Positions 9,857-20,117 are shown, counted from the stretch's first letter. The stretch is DNA of 60,258 bases from a virus (IMGVR_UViG_3300009167_000009:1-60258); one strand, 5' to 3'. Numbers and translations are program-made. The notes: generated from the sequence alone by a model not told the origin.

Positions 9857-10051
9857 ATGATCACCCTGTTCCTCTACATCGTCGTCGCCGTGCTGCTCGG
9901 CTACCTCACGATCTGGGTTGCCGGGAAACTTGCGCCGGGGCATCCGGCCATTATCGACAACATCATCTGGGTCGTGGTCGTCCTGTTCGTGGTGCTGCTC
10001 GTGGCCAATGCGGTCGGCCTCACGGACCTCGCGGTGCCGCGACTCCGGTAG
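9857..10051 (+). CDS. small 2-TM membrane protein (holin/antiholin candidate)
   Basis: 64 aa, two hydrophobic helices, strong AGGAGG RBS. Confidence 0.65.
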   Translation: MITLFLYIVVAVLLGYLTIWVAGKLAPGHPAIIDNIIWVVVVLFVVLLVANAVGLTDLAVPRLR

Positions 10052-10067
10052 AAGGAGGGAGGGGCAA

Positions 10068-10316
10068 ATGCTGACGCGCGATTCGTGGGTCTGGATCATC
10101 ACGTTCATCGGCCTGCTGTTATCGCATTTGATCACGGCCGAAGCGCCGCCGACACAGTGGAGCTACATGGAGTGGCTCAAGTTCCTCGCGACGTTCCTCG
10201 CGGGCGTCGTCGGCTGGCTGTCCTCGTCGCCGCTGGCGGGCGCGAAGACGCCCCGGCGAGAAAGCTATGATGCGCTTGCGGGCCTCATCCGCGTGAAAGA
10301 AAAGGAGAAGACATGA
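10068..10316 (+). CDS. putative holin
   Basis: Start MLTRDSW after GGAGG; two TM segments and charged C-terminus. Confidence 0.6.
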   Translation: MLTRDSWVWIITFIGLLLSHLITAEAPPTQWSYMEWLKFLATFLAGVVGWLSSSPLAGAKTPRRESYDALAGLIRVKEKEKT

Positions 10317-10735
10317 AACGCCTGCTGACGGTTCTGTTGCTCCTGCCCGTGGTCGCGGCCTGTGGGCCAAAGACCAAGCCGGTCCTCATCAAAACGGACC
10401 AGGCCATTTATCTGGCCGTGAAGGCCCTTCACGAAGGGGCGGTCAATCTGGGCAACGCGGGGGTAATTACCCCTGCCCAGGAGCTCCGCATCCAGGAAGC
10501 CATTCTGCCCGTCACGATTCTGGGAGAACAAGCGTCCCGTATTCTCGCGGAATGGAAAAGCGGGCCGACCCCGGACGAAGTGACTCGGCTGGTGGAACGG
10601 ATGGGGGTACTGGTCCAGGAAATTATCAAGATTCTGCCGAACAACGATGACGCCCGAGCCACTTTGTTGCAGTTAACGTCCGTCGTGCAACAAGCCATTC
10701 TCAGTGCCATCGTGATTGCGAAGGGGGGCGTATGA
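10313..10735 (+). CDS. lipoprotein (spanin candidate)
   Basis: Lipobox signal MKRLLTVLLLLPVVAA-C; in lysis cassette. Confidence 0.65.
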   Translation: MKRLLTVLLLLPVVAACGPKTKPVLIKTDQAIYLAVKALHEGAVNLGNAGVITPAQELRIQEAILPVTILGEQASRILAEWKSGPTPDEVTRLVERMGVLVQEIIKILPNNDDARATLLQLTSVVQQAILSAIVIAKGGV

Positions 10736-10950
10736 CACCCGAAACCATTTTGAAGTGGGCCGAAGTCGGGGCCGTGCTCATCAATCAACTGGGCGTGCCG
10801 ATTGTGTCCATGATCCGGATGTTCCGCGAAGCCGGGGGTACCGAGGAAGAACTGCTGGAACTGATTGCCCGGTGGGTCACCCTCCACGACACGGTGGAGG
10901 CGCGGATAGCCTTTTTGAAGGCGGCAATTCTCGCCGCGTCGGAACCATGA
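10732..10950 (+). CDS. hypothetical protein
   Basis: 72 aa with ATGA overlaps on both sides. Confidence 0.6.
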   Translation: MTPETILKWAEVGAVLINQLGVPIVSMIRMFREAGGTEEELLELIARWVTLHDTVEARIAFLKAAILAASEP

Positions 10951-11372
10951 CTCCTGCTGGGCCGTCACCGCACCTGTATTGGATTGAGTTGGCGTGTAAA
11001 GACGGCACGCCTTATCCCATGATCTGGCGCAGTACACGGGCCTTGATTCTAGCCAAAGAATTCGAGGCCTTTCGACACTTGTGCGGGGACCGCCCGCTGG
11101 AAGTCTTGTCGGCGTTCCGGACACCCGAGTGGAACCGGCGTGTCGGCGGGGCCAGTAATAGTCAACATGTGCATGGTCGCGCCCTGGACATCTTGAAACC
11201 CACCAACTTCACGCTGGAGCAGTTTTGGAACATGGCCCATGCTTACGCCATGACCAGCGACAGCGGCCTGTACGGACTGGGCCGGTATCCGTGGGGGGTC
11301 CATCTGGACATCCGACCGGCGAACCGGCTGGCGGTGTGGAACGGGTCACGGCCCGAGGCGGACAATGGATAG
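10947..11372 (+). CDS. endolysin, peptidase M15 (LAS-type Zn peptidase)
   Basis: SAFRTPEWNRRVGGASNSQHVHGRALD and GLGRY..GVHLDIR motifs; start at ATGA overlap 10947. Confidence 0.85.
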   Translation: MTPAGPSPHLYWIELACKDGTPYPMIWRSTRALILAKEFEAFRHLCGDRPLEVLSAFRTPEWNRRVGGASNSQHVHGRALDILKPTNFTLEQFWNMAHAYAMTSDSGLYGLGRYPWGVHLDIRPANRLAVWNGSRPEADNG

Positions 11373-11418
11373 CGAATATCGGGCGAATGTGGGGGAATTC
11401 TGGTGCCCACAAAACCGT

Positions 11419-11508
11419 GTCTTAGCGTCCCTGTAGCGGCCGTGGGCATCCGGGGGGTATCCCAACCCCGCCCGGACCCCGGAAAATCGCTTAGCGGGGC
11501 GCTAAGAC
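11419..11508. repeat. ~90 bp element with 13 bp terminal inverted repeats at the convergent gene junction
   Basis: gtcttagcgtccc (11419) versus ggggcgctaagac (11496-11508), 1 mismatch; related copy at ~29362-29451. Confidence 0.6.
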
Positions 11509-13706
11509 CGGTGCGCGGGGGGTGTTTGGGTGGCGGTCGGACCCGTAACGGCCGGGGACAGGTCCGATCCGTTCACTTTTCGTATCCGCATCTTGACCTT
11601 TGATATTTCGCGGACGCGCAATTCATCCTCGGTCCGGTACAATTCTGCACCCAGAATCGCGTTCTTGATATAGGGGGTCAACGACCAGGTATGCCGGTAG
11701 CCGCCATCGGCTCCATGGCGTTGCACAATGTCCAGTACGTTCAGATCTTGAAGGATGCGGCTGACCGTCGCCTGGGGATAACGCGAGATAGCGGCCAGGT
11801 CCACCGTCGAGATCGGGGCGGTCATCGAGGGATGCTGCCGAATCATGTAGCGAATGATGTCCTCGGTCCGTTGCGGCACCGTATCCAGCATTACCTTCTT
11901 CAGGAGGGTGTATTCCGGTTCCCCGACTTTCGGATGGCCATAGACAATGGCGAGGGACTGTCCGAGCTTTGCCAACTGGATGCCCAGTCGACTGCCAATC
12001 TCTGCGCTTGGTCGGCTGGTGATGATGTCGTTGTGGTAGGTGTCACGAGAAACCGTGCCACGCATCCGTGCGCCGAACATCCCAAGCTGTACGATACGAC
12101 GTGTAAGCGGCTCAGGCAATGTGGGGAGGTGTCGATGTGCCACTCTATCGGACAGAAAGGCGCGTACCACGTCTTGTAATTCATGCTGCATCGCCGTTTC
12201 TTTGTTGATGTTCTTGATGGCACGGGCAATGATGGCTTCCTCGCTATGGTGATTCAGGTTGTCGCCCATCATCAGTTTCATAAACCGTTCGCCCAGTTGG
12301 GCGTGCTGCCCCGCCAGGTCGTAGATGCGCGGCGTCACGGCCGCCAGGATCGAGAACCGGCTGGTGTAACTACGGACCACGCCATTGCCAAAGACCTTTC
12401 CACATTTCCCATCATACGCATCGCGCAGGATGCCGAAGATTTCGTCCTTGTCCGCGTCCCGCATGGACAGGATACTCGTGAAATCCTTGATGACCATGAT
12501 GCGGCCATTCAACTTCGGTATTAGTGACGGGTCCACACCATCTTTAATATTCGCACCAGAAATAAGACTAGGCGGCGTCAGTGTCGACGTCATGTAGACT
12601 TCTGGGTACAGCGACAACGCATTCAGCGTTTCGGTCTTGGCCCCACCGGGCGGCGACACCAGGAACATCCAGATCGGGGGGCCGGTGATATTCTGGCTCA
12701 CGATGGTTGCCAACATGACTTCAATCGGCACGGTGGAATCCAAGTATAGCCATTTCTTGAACACGGTGTTGACGTCTGCGATGGTCGGCACGGTGGTCGT
12801 CCAGTTGGACTTCGGCTCACCGGAAGCACGCGACGGTGGGGGACTGGCGGGCGCGGGGCGATTGTCCCATTCCCGCTTCGCTCGGTCCAGCGGGTCCAAT
12901 GTCCGGGTGTTGGAATTGAACAACTTTTTCAAGTTGGCCACACACGCCTTCGGTTTCTTATCTTTGACCATCCACCGGATGACCCAGTCCCGCACGTCGT
13001 ACCCTACTGGTAGTCCTGCGGGCCAGTGCAGGTAGGTCAACGATTGCACGGCGGTCTTCAACCGTTTCTCAACAAGCAGTTCCCCGTGTTCTCCGGCCCC
13101 GTCATTGTCGTACAGGGTATGGACCGTGCGGCCTGCGAACCACGGCACCCAGTCGGTTTTTAGCACGCCCGCGCCCGGTACACCGACCACGATTCCTGGC
13201 TCTCCGGCCTGCCGCAACGCTTCGTCCCAGGCGACCGTATCCCACTCGCCTTCACAGATGTAGACCGGTGCGGCCAGATCGCGGTTCAGCCGATGTGCGC
13301 CGAACAACCCGACCTCGATCCCTGCGGTCGAAATGGCGCGGCCTCCGGGTTTCCAGGTCCGAATGTCGACCATGTTACCCGAGGGGTCCAGATACGGAAT
13401 GGCATAGGTGTAGCCCGTCCAGCCCAAGTTCCACGGATGTAGGGCCGTGACCGGCAATCCCCGGTCATGCGCCAAGGCATTTAACCGGTCGGGTGTCAGC
13501 CGTTTGCGGTACAGCTTATGTATCTCGGCCAGGAAGCGGGGAATGTTGCCGCTGAGGCCAGCGGTCTTCGAGTCCCAGAGCCACGTCTTGATATTGACGT
13601 AGAACTTTTCCGCTTTATCGGTGAACGGGCAGGTGCCATAGATCTCGTCCCCGCGTTCGCCTGTGAATTCCACCCCATGCGACTCAAAGATGCGCCGCTT
13701 ATCCAT
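11502..13706 (-). CDS. DNA primase (Toprim)-helicase fusion
   Basis: CPF Zn-ribbon-like N-terminus; Toprim ICEGEWD and YDNDGAG; degenerate P-loop SPPGGAKT and IKDFT in the AAA+ part. Confidence 0.85.
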   Translation of the reverse strand: MDKRRIFESHGVEFTGERGDEIYGTCPFTDKAEKFYVNIKTWLWDSKTAGLSGNIPRFLAEIHKLYRKRLTPDRLNALAHDRGLPVTALHPWNLGWTGYTYAIPYLDPSGNMVDIRTWKPGGRAISTAGIEVGLFGAHRLNRDLAAPVYICEGEWDTVAWDEALRQAGEPGIVVGVPGAGVLKTDWVPWFAGRTVHTLYDNDGAGEHGELLVEKRLKTAVQSLTYLHWPAGLPVGYDVRDWVIRWMVKDKKPKACVANLKKLFNSNTRTLDPLDRAKREWDNRPAPASPPPSRASGEPKSNWTTTVPTIADVNTVFKKWLYLDSTVPIEVMLATIVSQNITGPPIWMFLVSPPGGAKTETLNALSLYPEVYMTSTLTPPSLISGANIKDGVDPSLIPKLNGRIMVIKDFTSILSMRDADKDEIFGILRDAYDGKCGKVFGNGVVRSYTSRFSILAAVTPRIYDLAGQHAQLGERFMKLMMGDNLNHHSEEAIIARAIKNINKETAMQHELQDVVRAFLSDRVAHRHLPTLPEPLTRRIVQLGMFGARMRGTVSRDTYHNDIITSRPSAEIGSRLGIQLAKLGQSLAIVYGHPKVGEPEYTLLKKVMLDTVPQRTEDIIRYMIRQHPSMTAPISTVDLAAISRYPQATVSRILQDLNVLDIVQRHGADGGYRHTWSLTPYIKNAILGAELYRTEDELRVREISKVKMRIRKVNGSDLSPAVTGPTATQTPPAHRS

Positions 13707-13718
13707 CGGGGAACGCCT

Positions 13719-13901
13719 TTACTGCCCGGCAATGCGCCGGACTTCTTGTTCGAGCTGTTGGAGCCGTTGTTGCACCTGTACGAGATAACTGTGAACGTGG
13801 GTCATCTCCTGTTTAGAAAGGAACTCGCGCGTGGGCTTTCGCCGTGTGGTGTGGACCAGACGACAGATGTCGTTGCACAGGTTGATGCGGTCTGACTTCA
13901 T
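13719..13901 (-). CDS. small hypothetical protein
   Basis: 60 aa with coiled C-terminus; overlaps polymerase 3' end. Confidence 0.45.
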   Translation of the reverse strand: MKSDRINLCNDICRLVHTTRRKPTREFLSKQEMTHVHSYLVQVQQRLQQLEQEVRRIAGQ

Positions 13902-16900
13902 GGTGTGCTTCTACCTTCAGCGATGCGTCAACTTTGTACGGGCAGTCCTGCATAAACTCCCGTAATTCCGCGAACGGGGCTTCGTCACGCGGCACCCCGC
14001 CCTTTACCCAGGGCGGTAGTTTGATATCCACCGTATGCGACCAGCGTTTCCACGCGACCTTCATCCCCACGGGCAACGGCACTGGGATACCGCAGTGTTC
14101 AGAATCCATCTGCATCACCCACACAATGTCTTGCATCAGCCGCATCGAGTGGGACTCGAATGGTACTTCGATAATCATCTCATCATGGACCGTATTCAGA
14201 AGTCCAAGCAGGGGGTGCTGCCACCGATGGTCCAGCATCCAATCGACGCGCATCGTGGCGACCTTCAACAGGTCCGCGGCCGATCCCTGGATGAGATAAT
14301 TCACAACCTTGTACGCCCATTCCCGTTCCAGTTTGTAGCGGCGTCCGTACAGGTTCCAGGCCTCACCATTGGCCGTAGCTTCGTTGGTCATCTTTCGCAT
14401 GAAGGTGACAACGGACGAAAACTGTTCCTCGAATGAGTCGATAAATGCCTTGGCTTCCCGGAACGGCATCTGCAACAGTTTCGTCATCCGTCCGGGGCGC
14501 TGTTCGGTGCCGACGCCGCCGCCGTACAGTTTCCCGAACATGATGAGCTTGGCCAACTTGCGATAGTACTTCTTCCGTTGCTCGTAATCCGGTTTGCGGA
14601 CGAAAGATTTGTCCGCGACGCCCTGGTGGAAATCATACCCAGAAAGGAGGAGCTCCTGCATGTTGGCCTCACCCGACATGAACGCGAACAACCAGACTTC
14701 AATCTGACTGTAATCGGGCAGATACCACAGGCATCCGGGGCGCGGCCCGAAACACTCACGCGGTCGGGCCGGGATATCGGCTTTGCGTAGTCCGGTGGTG
14801 GCCGACGCCACCTGCTGCAGATTGGGGTCTGAATTTTTTGCGCTCAATTCCCCGGCAAAGAAGTTGTGGTGTTCATCAATCCACAAGTCATATACCGGAC
14901 GCATGACTGTCAATGGCTCAACACGTATGACACGATGATTGCCCCCTATTCCTCGGTCATAGTAAGGATTATTCGGTCGGCCGCGCAGCCCCCGCGCAAA
15001 TTTCTTTACCGTTTCCAAAGAGTAAAATTCCTTGACGTGTTTCCGGAAACAGGTATAGTCAAGGTGTTCGCCACGGCACGCCAAGGTCATCGACCATCGG
15101 TACTTTTCCAAGGTGGTCGTGATCGTTTCCCGTGTCCAATGGGTGTAGTTGCCGTTGTTTTCTCCTTTTGAATGATCTGATTTGTGAAGGTGCTCTGACC
15201 TCCATTCCAAGTTACTGGGACGATTGTCTTGAAAATTGCCGTTGCAATGGTGCGCGTGCATTCCTGGCAACGCCCGAGCCCTTGCCATTTCTTCAAGAAT
15301 GAACCGTGACTCGTACTGTAGAGACTGTTCCGTGACCGCAACACGCGCCCTATTTCTTGGGGAATCACGGTGTATTGCAGCAATGTGATCTCCAGGGCAT
15401 AAGTCTCTTGCTGCTACCCATTGTCCATCGACCGTACGAAGTTTATGCTCTGGCGTAACGTCTAGGTGTCCAATCCGTTGACGCCCTTTTCCTTGTTTTC
15501 CCCTCCAGTGAACCCGCACTAGAGCATGGGCGATGCCTCGGTTCCACACCTTCTTTACTTTACGTAGATGTAGGGTGCCCGTATCTTCGTCCATACAATA
15601 GGCCCAGTCACCGGGACGCACATCTTGTACTGGAATGCCCTCTGGGTGCTGCGACAAGTCACGGGCAATCTCAATCGGCGTGTCCTCCGCAATGCAACAG
15701 GTCATGCGCCCGGTAACGGCCCCGGTTTGGTTATAGTTTGGATGGAGAATCCATACGCCTTTGCTTCCATCCCATTTCCCATCTGGACAACGAACTGCAT
15801 TTCCTGTCCGGCCTGGGTACGAAGTTGGATACCAAAACTTGGCGTAGATATTGAGAAACGATTTGATGGACTGCTTCGCCGCACGCCATTCGAGGACCGC
15901 TTTCGCGAGCGGATCCTTGAACTCCCCCGTGTCTTCATCTGTGGCCCCCAATTCCGCCAACTTGTCTTTGCCCAGGGCCATGTTCCCCTTTTCCGTGTAC
16001 ATCGGGGCATACCCCAGCTCGGTATAAAACTTGTGGGTGAGCTGTTTGGGCGACATGAAGTTCATGCCAGCCCCGCCGTTTGCGTCGGCCATCTTCCGCA
16101 TCTTGGCCATGTACTGCGTATACCAGACGACCAGATGCTCGGTCCAATCGGGATAGACCCGCGTTCCCCGCTTCTCCATTTTCCGCAATACCCAGAACAG
16201 TTGCATCTCCCGTTCATACGTAGCCCGGATGCGCGGATCCCGATCCAGTTCCGCAACCATGAGTAGGTACAGCATCATGGCGCGTTCCACATCCCCGACC
16301 GCGTATCGCTGACACAGGTCGGGCGGGGCCAGCCAGTAATCGGCCTTGACCGGTTTGTTCCCGGCGAACACGACACGCTCGCCCCGTTCAACTTCTTTCT
16401 TTCCTCCCGCAATCAGCCAGCCCTTGGCCCGTGCCTCGCGTCGGGCCTCGGCCACGGCATGTTCCAGTTCCTTCTCATCGTCGTCCGGAAAGGCCAGGTA
16501 TTTCTTGCACAACGGCTTCAACGCATACGACAACTCATCCCCGGCCGTCACCACATGGGCCAGTACCATCGTGTCGTCTACGTTGTGATTCGTAATGGTA
16601 TAGCCCATGGCCTCCAACATCCGCAGGTCATAGGCGATGTTGTGGCCGACCAGTTGTAGGGTATTGTCCGTGGCAATGCGTTTCAGAATGGCTTGCTCGG
16701 CCGGGGTGCCCAGCACTACGCGCCGCGTACTGGGCTCGACCTTCCATCGGAAGTAGGCCGTGTTCCCTTCGCCATCGCAGAACGCGAACGCGAACGGCCG
16801 CGCCGGATAGTAGCCCCAGTACTCGGGCGGACCGTAGGGAATCAGGCCCGTGCCCTCCGTATCGAACGAAATCCGGTTCGACCGGAAATTCGAGAACAAT

Positions 16901-16926
16901 CGCGGCAACGCGGACCGGACCAGCAT
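13813..16926 (-). CDS. polA: DNA polymerase family A (3'-5' exonuclease + polymerase), intein-interrupted
   Basis: ExoI FDTEGTG, ExoII GHNIAYD, ExoII YAVGD-type motif; motif A DYSQIE, B RKLAKLIMFGKLYG, C VHDE; start set at TGATG overlap 16926. Confidence 0.93.
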   Translation of the reverse strand: MLVRSALPRLFSNFRSNRISFDTEGTGLIPYGPPEYWGYYPARPFAFAFCDGEGNTAYFRWKVEPSTRRVVLGTPAEQAILKRIATDNTLQLVGHNIAYDLRMLEAMGYTITNHNVDDTMVLAHVVTAGDELSYALKPLCKKYLAFPDDDEKELEHAVAEARREARAKGWLIAGGKKEVERGERVVFAGNKPVKADYWLAPPDLCQRYAVGDVERAMMLYLLMVAELDRDPRIRATYEREMQLFWVLRKMEKRGTRVYPDWTEHLVVWYTQYMAKMRKMADANGGAGMNFMSPKQLTHKFYTELGYAPMYTEKGNMALGKDKLAELGATDEDTGEFKDPLAKAVLEWRAAKQSIKSFLNIYAKFWYPTSYPGRTGNAVRCPDGKWDGSKGVWILHPNYNQTGAVTGRMTCCIAEDTPIEIARDLSQHPEGIPVQDVRPGDWAYCMDEDTGTLHLRKVKKVWNRGIAHALVRVHWRGKQGKGRQRIGHLDVTPEHKLRTVDGQWVAARDLCPGDHIAAIHRDSPRNRARVAVTEQSLQYESRFILEEMARARALPGMHAHHCNGNFQDNRPSNLEWRSEHLHKSDHSKGENNGNYTHWTRETITTTLEKYRWSMTLACRGEHLDYTCFRKHVKEFYSLETVKKFARGLRGRPNNPYYDRGIGGNHRVIRVEPLTVMRPVYDLWIDEHHNFFAGELSAKNSDPNLQQVASATTGLRKADIPARPRECFGPRPGCLWYLPDYSQIEVWLFAFMSGEANMQELLLSGYDFHQGVADKSFVRKPDYEQRKKYYRKLAKLIMFGKLYGGGVGTEQRPGRMTKLLQMPFREAKAFIDSFEEQFSSVVTFMRKMTNEATANGEAWNLYGRRYKLEREWAYKVVNYLIQGSAADLLKVATMRVDWMLDHRWQHPLLGLLNTVHDEMIIEVPFESHSMRLMQDIVWVMQMDSEHCGIPVPLPVGMKVAWKRWSHTVDIKLPPWVKGGVPRDEAPFAELREFMQDCPYKVDASLKVEAHHEVRPHQPVQRHLSSGPHHTAKAHARVPF
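14833..15696 (-). mobile_element. intein (288 aa) with HNH homing endonuclease
   Basis: Starts CIAEDTP, block B VTPEHKL, block F PVYDLWI, ends HNFFAGELSAKN before Ser; splits TGRMTC|SDPNLQ; internal HHCNGNFQDNRPSNLEW; AT-richer than flanks. Confidence 0.92.
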
Positions 16927-17357
16927 CACTCGATCTCGGCCGTGTGCGGGTACAGCCACGGCAACATCAGACACGCGTCACAGGGGTCGTCTCCGGCATG
17001 TTTCTTGGTGCAGGGATTCTGTTCGCACCAGCGCGTGATGGCGAGCAGATACTCCTTCTTGTGTGTGATGATAAAGTCCATCATCACCGCGTAGTTGGCG
17101 ATATCCACCAGATGATTGTGCAGCGTGTCGCCTTCCAACGGTCGGCCGGTGCGGATGCCGGTCTGAATCGCGCCCCAATGCTTCCGCATGGCATTGTAGA
17201 TGGATAGCTCTGGTGTGGTGTTGGTCTCGGCTGCCGTCCACCAGGCTTCGCTGATGGCAATATCCTTGGGTGCATAGTCACGTCCCTTGTCGTACATGAT
17301 GACTACACACTTGTCAAAGAATTCGCGTGTGAAGATGATTTGGTCCCGAACGGTCAC
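16926..17357 (-). CDS. Nmad1/DUF1599-like (MazG-fold) nucleotide-modification-associated protein
   Basis: KGRDY and HLVDIANYA motifs; all-alpha; start position uncertain. Confidence 0.7.
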   Translation of the reverse strand: MTVRDQIIFTREFFDKCVVIMYDKGRDYAPKDIAISEAWWTAAETNTTPELSIYNAMRKHWGAIQTGIRTGRPLEGDTLHNHLVDIANYAVMMDFIITHKKEYLLAITRWCEQNPCTKKHAGDDPCDACLMLPWLYPHTAEIE

Positions 17358-17474
17358 GCCCACGACATCCCCCAGCGGTAATGGACCGCCCTTAGCGGTC
17401 CTACAGTCAACGAAATGGACCGGGGCGGGGTACAACCCCCGGCCCCGGCCCGACCGCCTACAGATGACGTGGTG

Positions 17475-18251
17475 TTACTTCTTGCCCCGGCCCTTTTTCG
17501 GCGCGGCCTTGGGTTCCGGGGGCGCGGCATCGACCACGGCCTGGAGTTTGTCGCCGCCCACGCGCAGCACGCGACCGTCCTCCAGCTTCACCCGCACCTT
17601 CCCTTCGTCCTCGAGGAGTTCGAGCACCTCACCCTTGAATTTGCCCTTGGCCGAATCCACCACAACGATCATGCCGGGCTGGATGTCCACGGTATCGGCG
17701 TCCTCGTCTTCTTCCTCGGGCTGCTCCTCCTCTTCCTCTTCCGCTGCCGGTTCCGGGGCCGCTTCCTCTTCCGGTTCCTCGGTTTCGGTGACGCCGGTAT
17801 CTCCTTGCACCTCATCCCCGGCCGCGTATACCTTGTCGATGAACAGGTTCTGGAATTCACCCTTGGTCTTCAGGCGAATCTTGCACAACGGCTTGGTCTG
17901 CGCGATGTCGTTCAGGATCTCCTGCAACTGTTCGGCCTTGTCCGGCAGTTCATACCCCAACTCACGCAACCGGAGGCCCAACCAATAGAGATTCTGTTCC
18001 GTTTCAAGGCCGGAGAAATCGAGTTTGTTCTGGCCCTCGTATTCCCCCTCCTCGAACTTGAATGTCCAGGTGATCTGCAGCCGCCCCGACGACTGTGACT
18101 TTCCGATGCTACCGCCCATCAACCGGGCCACATACCGGCCATCCTCGTATTCCGTGAACTGCGATCCCTTCGCCGCCTCGGCCTTGGTCTTGGCCGTGGC
18201 CCACAGTCCCTGTGCCGCTTTCAACTGCTTGCTGAAATTCTCGGGTGCCAT
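17475..18251 (-). CDS. ssDNA-binding protein-like (DUF669-like) with acidic linker and KOW-like C-terminus
   Basis: EDGRYVARL...SSGRLQITWTF...GEYEG pattern; E/D tract; position in recombination module. Confidence 0.65.
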   Translation of the reverse strand: MAPENFSKQLKAAQGLWATAKTKAEAAKGSQFTEYEDGRYVARLMGGSIGKSQSSGRLQITWTFKFEEGEYEGQNKLDFSGLETEQNLYWLGLRLRELGYELPDKAEQLQEILNDIAQTKPLCKIRLKTKGEFQNLFIDKVYAAGDEVQGDTGVTETEEPEEEAAPEPAAEEEEEEQPEEEDEDADTVDIQPGMIVVVDSAKGKFKGEVLELLEDEGKVRVKLEDGRVLRVGGDKLQAVVDAAPPEPKAAPKKGRGKK

Positions 18252-18255
18252 ACGC

Positions 18256-19134
18256 TTAACTCCTCGGGGTGGTCCGAATCCGAAATGCCGATTTCTGTTG
18301 AGGCGTCACAATCGCCTCGGCCTTACGCATCGCCCCGCCAACCAATCGGTCAGCGGTATGTCCGGACTCCATATCCAGGACGAACGTCCAGGGAATCCGT
18401 AGGGTGCCGGTTGCGCCGACGTAGCGCGGAAAATCTGTCGCCAGTCGGGCAATGGCCAATCCACACTTCACCATCCGCTCTGGGATGGACCCTTGTCCGC
18501 CGATCACCTCTCCTTTCTGTTTGTCGTACCGCGACTTGGTAAAGGGCGCATCCATGCAGACGCGGAATTCCCTTACGCCTTGGGCAATGGCCCAGAGGAC
18601 CAGATGCCGGTCATCCAGGCCATAGGCGTCCGGAGGGTACGAGTATTGGGAATATAGGGCGTGGTCATACACCTGGAACATCATGGCCACGGTGGGGTAC
18701 GAGGTGAGTCCGTTAATCGTCTGTTTCTGGCCTATTTTTGTGCGGTCGAAGTGAATGGCCGTGTTGTGCATCCCGGCCATGATGACGGGCTTCGCCGGCC
18801 ACTCCTGGGCACACTGGACCAAATTGCGAAGGCCCAGTGCGCTGCGATGCACGGCATTGTCATCGGTCACAACATAGTGACTGTACTTTCTGGCGACCGC
18901 TACCTGGCGTAAACACTCACGGGCCACGGCCACAGACCCAGTGGGGTTGTCATAGGTCGAAATCGCCACCAGCGGCGCTGTTTTCGCCAGCATCTGGGTG
19001 TACGCATCCTGTTCCTTTCGTTCAAGGCCGATGATCGTCTCCCGGTTGTTGAGCCACGGCATTTTCTGTAGTGATTTTCGTAACACATCCACCCGTTGCC
19101 GGGACGGAATCAATACACAGAACGAAGAGGCCAT
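18256..19134 (-). CDS. GT-A fold glycosyltransferase, TAGT/GREB1-like (putative DNA glycosyltransferase)
   Basis: VLIPSRQR, AVARECL, YVVTDDN, GLDDRHLVL and GGQ motifs; embedded among replication genes. Confidence 0.75.
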   Translation of the reverse strand: MASSFCVLIPSRQRVDVLRKSLQKMPWLNNRETIIGLERKEQDAYTQMLAKTAPLVAISTYDNPTGSVAVARECLRQVAVARKYSHYVVTDDNAVHRSALGLRNLVQCAQEWPAKPVIMAGMHNTAIHFDRTKIGQKQTINGLTSYPTVAMMFQVYDHALYSQYSYPPDAYGLDDRHLVLWAIAQGVREFRVCMDAPFTKSRYDKQKGEVIGGQGSIPERMVKCGLAIARLATDFPRYVGATGTLRIPWTFVLDMESGHTADRLVGGAMRKAEAIVTPQQKSAFRIRTTPRS

Positions 19135-19135
19135 G

Positions 19136-20008
19136 TTACCCCCTTACTACCTTCTTAATCACGGGAGCCGGGGTCGTTTCCTCTTCGGGGGAAATCACAA
19201 TGGGCTTGTACTTGTTGGCGAAACACGCGACCAGATTCCGGTACGCTTCCTGGGCCGAAGACCCCATGTGAATCTCGCGCACTTCTTTACCGTTGTACCG
19301 GAAATTTTCTTGCAGCCGGTTCCCGGCCATGATGTGCTCGTCGCCCCGGATTTGCAGCACGCGTTGCGTCCCCTCGTACGTGTAGTACGCCCAGATGTCG
19401 ACCATCCCTTCTACGATGTCACGAGCCTGATTGCTCATGGTCGGCTGGATGCGGTCGTACTTCGTCCCAGACCGGGTCTTGATTTCTCGCTCCGTGGCGT
19501 GCGAAATCAGGATAACACCTTTGCCGATGTTCAACAGCACCTGCATCTGGGCGGTAAATTCATCGCGCACGGCGCTCCAGCCACGGCCCCAATCTTCCTC
19601 GGACGGGTGCGCGATGCCCAACTTCTGGCACGCATAGGTTTCGGCCATCTTGAACAGCAGGTCCACGGTATCGACCACGATGGTCTGGAACCGTTTGCCT
19701 TCGGGCGTCCGCAACAGTTTCAGCGTATCCCGAAACATGCGCCAGTCTAGGATCGCAATCTGGTACACGGGCAGGGCGCGTGCGCCCGGTTCCGTCATCA
19801 GGAACAGGGCATCGGGAAATTGTGCCGCCAGGGAAGTTTTCCCGACCTTCTTATCCCCGAAGACTAGAAAGGAATAATCCCCCAACTTTACGGATGGCAC
19901 GGATGGGGCTGTGGGAAGTTTAACGGCTGTCGCGGCCGATGTGGGCGCGACAGAGACGGCGGGCTTAGTTATCCCGCCAGACGGAACGGTACGCTTGACA
20001 ACGGCCAT
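19136..20008 (-). CDS. AAA ATPase, Sak4/AAA_24-like recombination protein
   Basis: Walker A GDKKVGKT, Walker B IVVDTVD, ILISH. Confidence 0.85.
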   Translation of the reverse strand: MAVVKRTVPSGGITKPAVSVAPTSAATAVKLPTAPSVPSVKLGDYSFLVFGDKKVGKTSLAAQFPDALFLMTEPGARALPVYQIAILDWRMFRDTLKLLRTPEGKRFQTIVVDTVDLLFKMAETYACQKLGIAHPSEEDWGRGWSAVRDEFTAQMQVLLNIGKGVILISHATEREIKTRSGTKYDRIQPTMSNQARDIVEGMVDIWAYYTYEGTQRVLQIRGDEHIMAGNRLQENFRYNGKEVREIHMGSSAQEAYRNLVACFANKYKPIVISPEEETTPAPVIKKVVRG

Positions 20009-20117
20009 GCTGCCCCTCCTAAAAACCTGCTATTTTTGGCCACAATGCCTGCGCCGGGTCCAATGCGGCCCCCAATCATGGGCCGGAATGCCCATAGAAA
20101 GCAACACCGAAAACCTA

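Noticed and set aside
17374-17460. GC hairpins as a tRNA or other ncRNA
   Set aside because: No cloverleaf or T-loop consensus; more likely intergenic terminator or processing stems.
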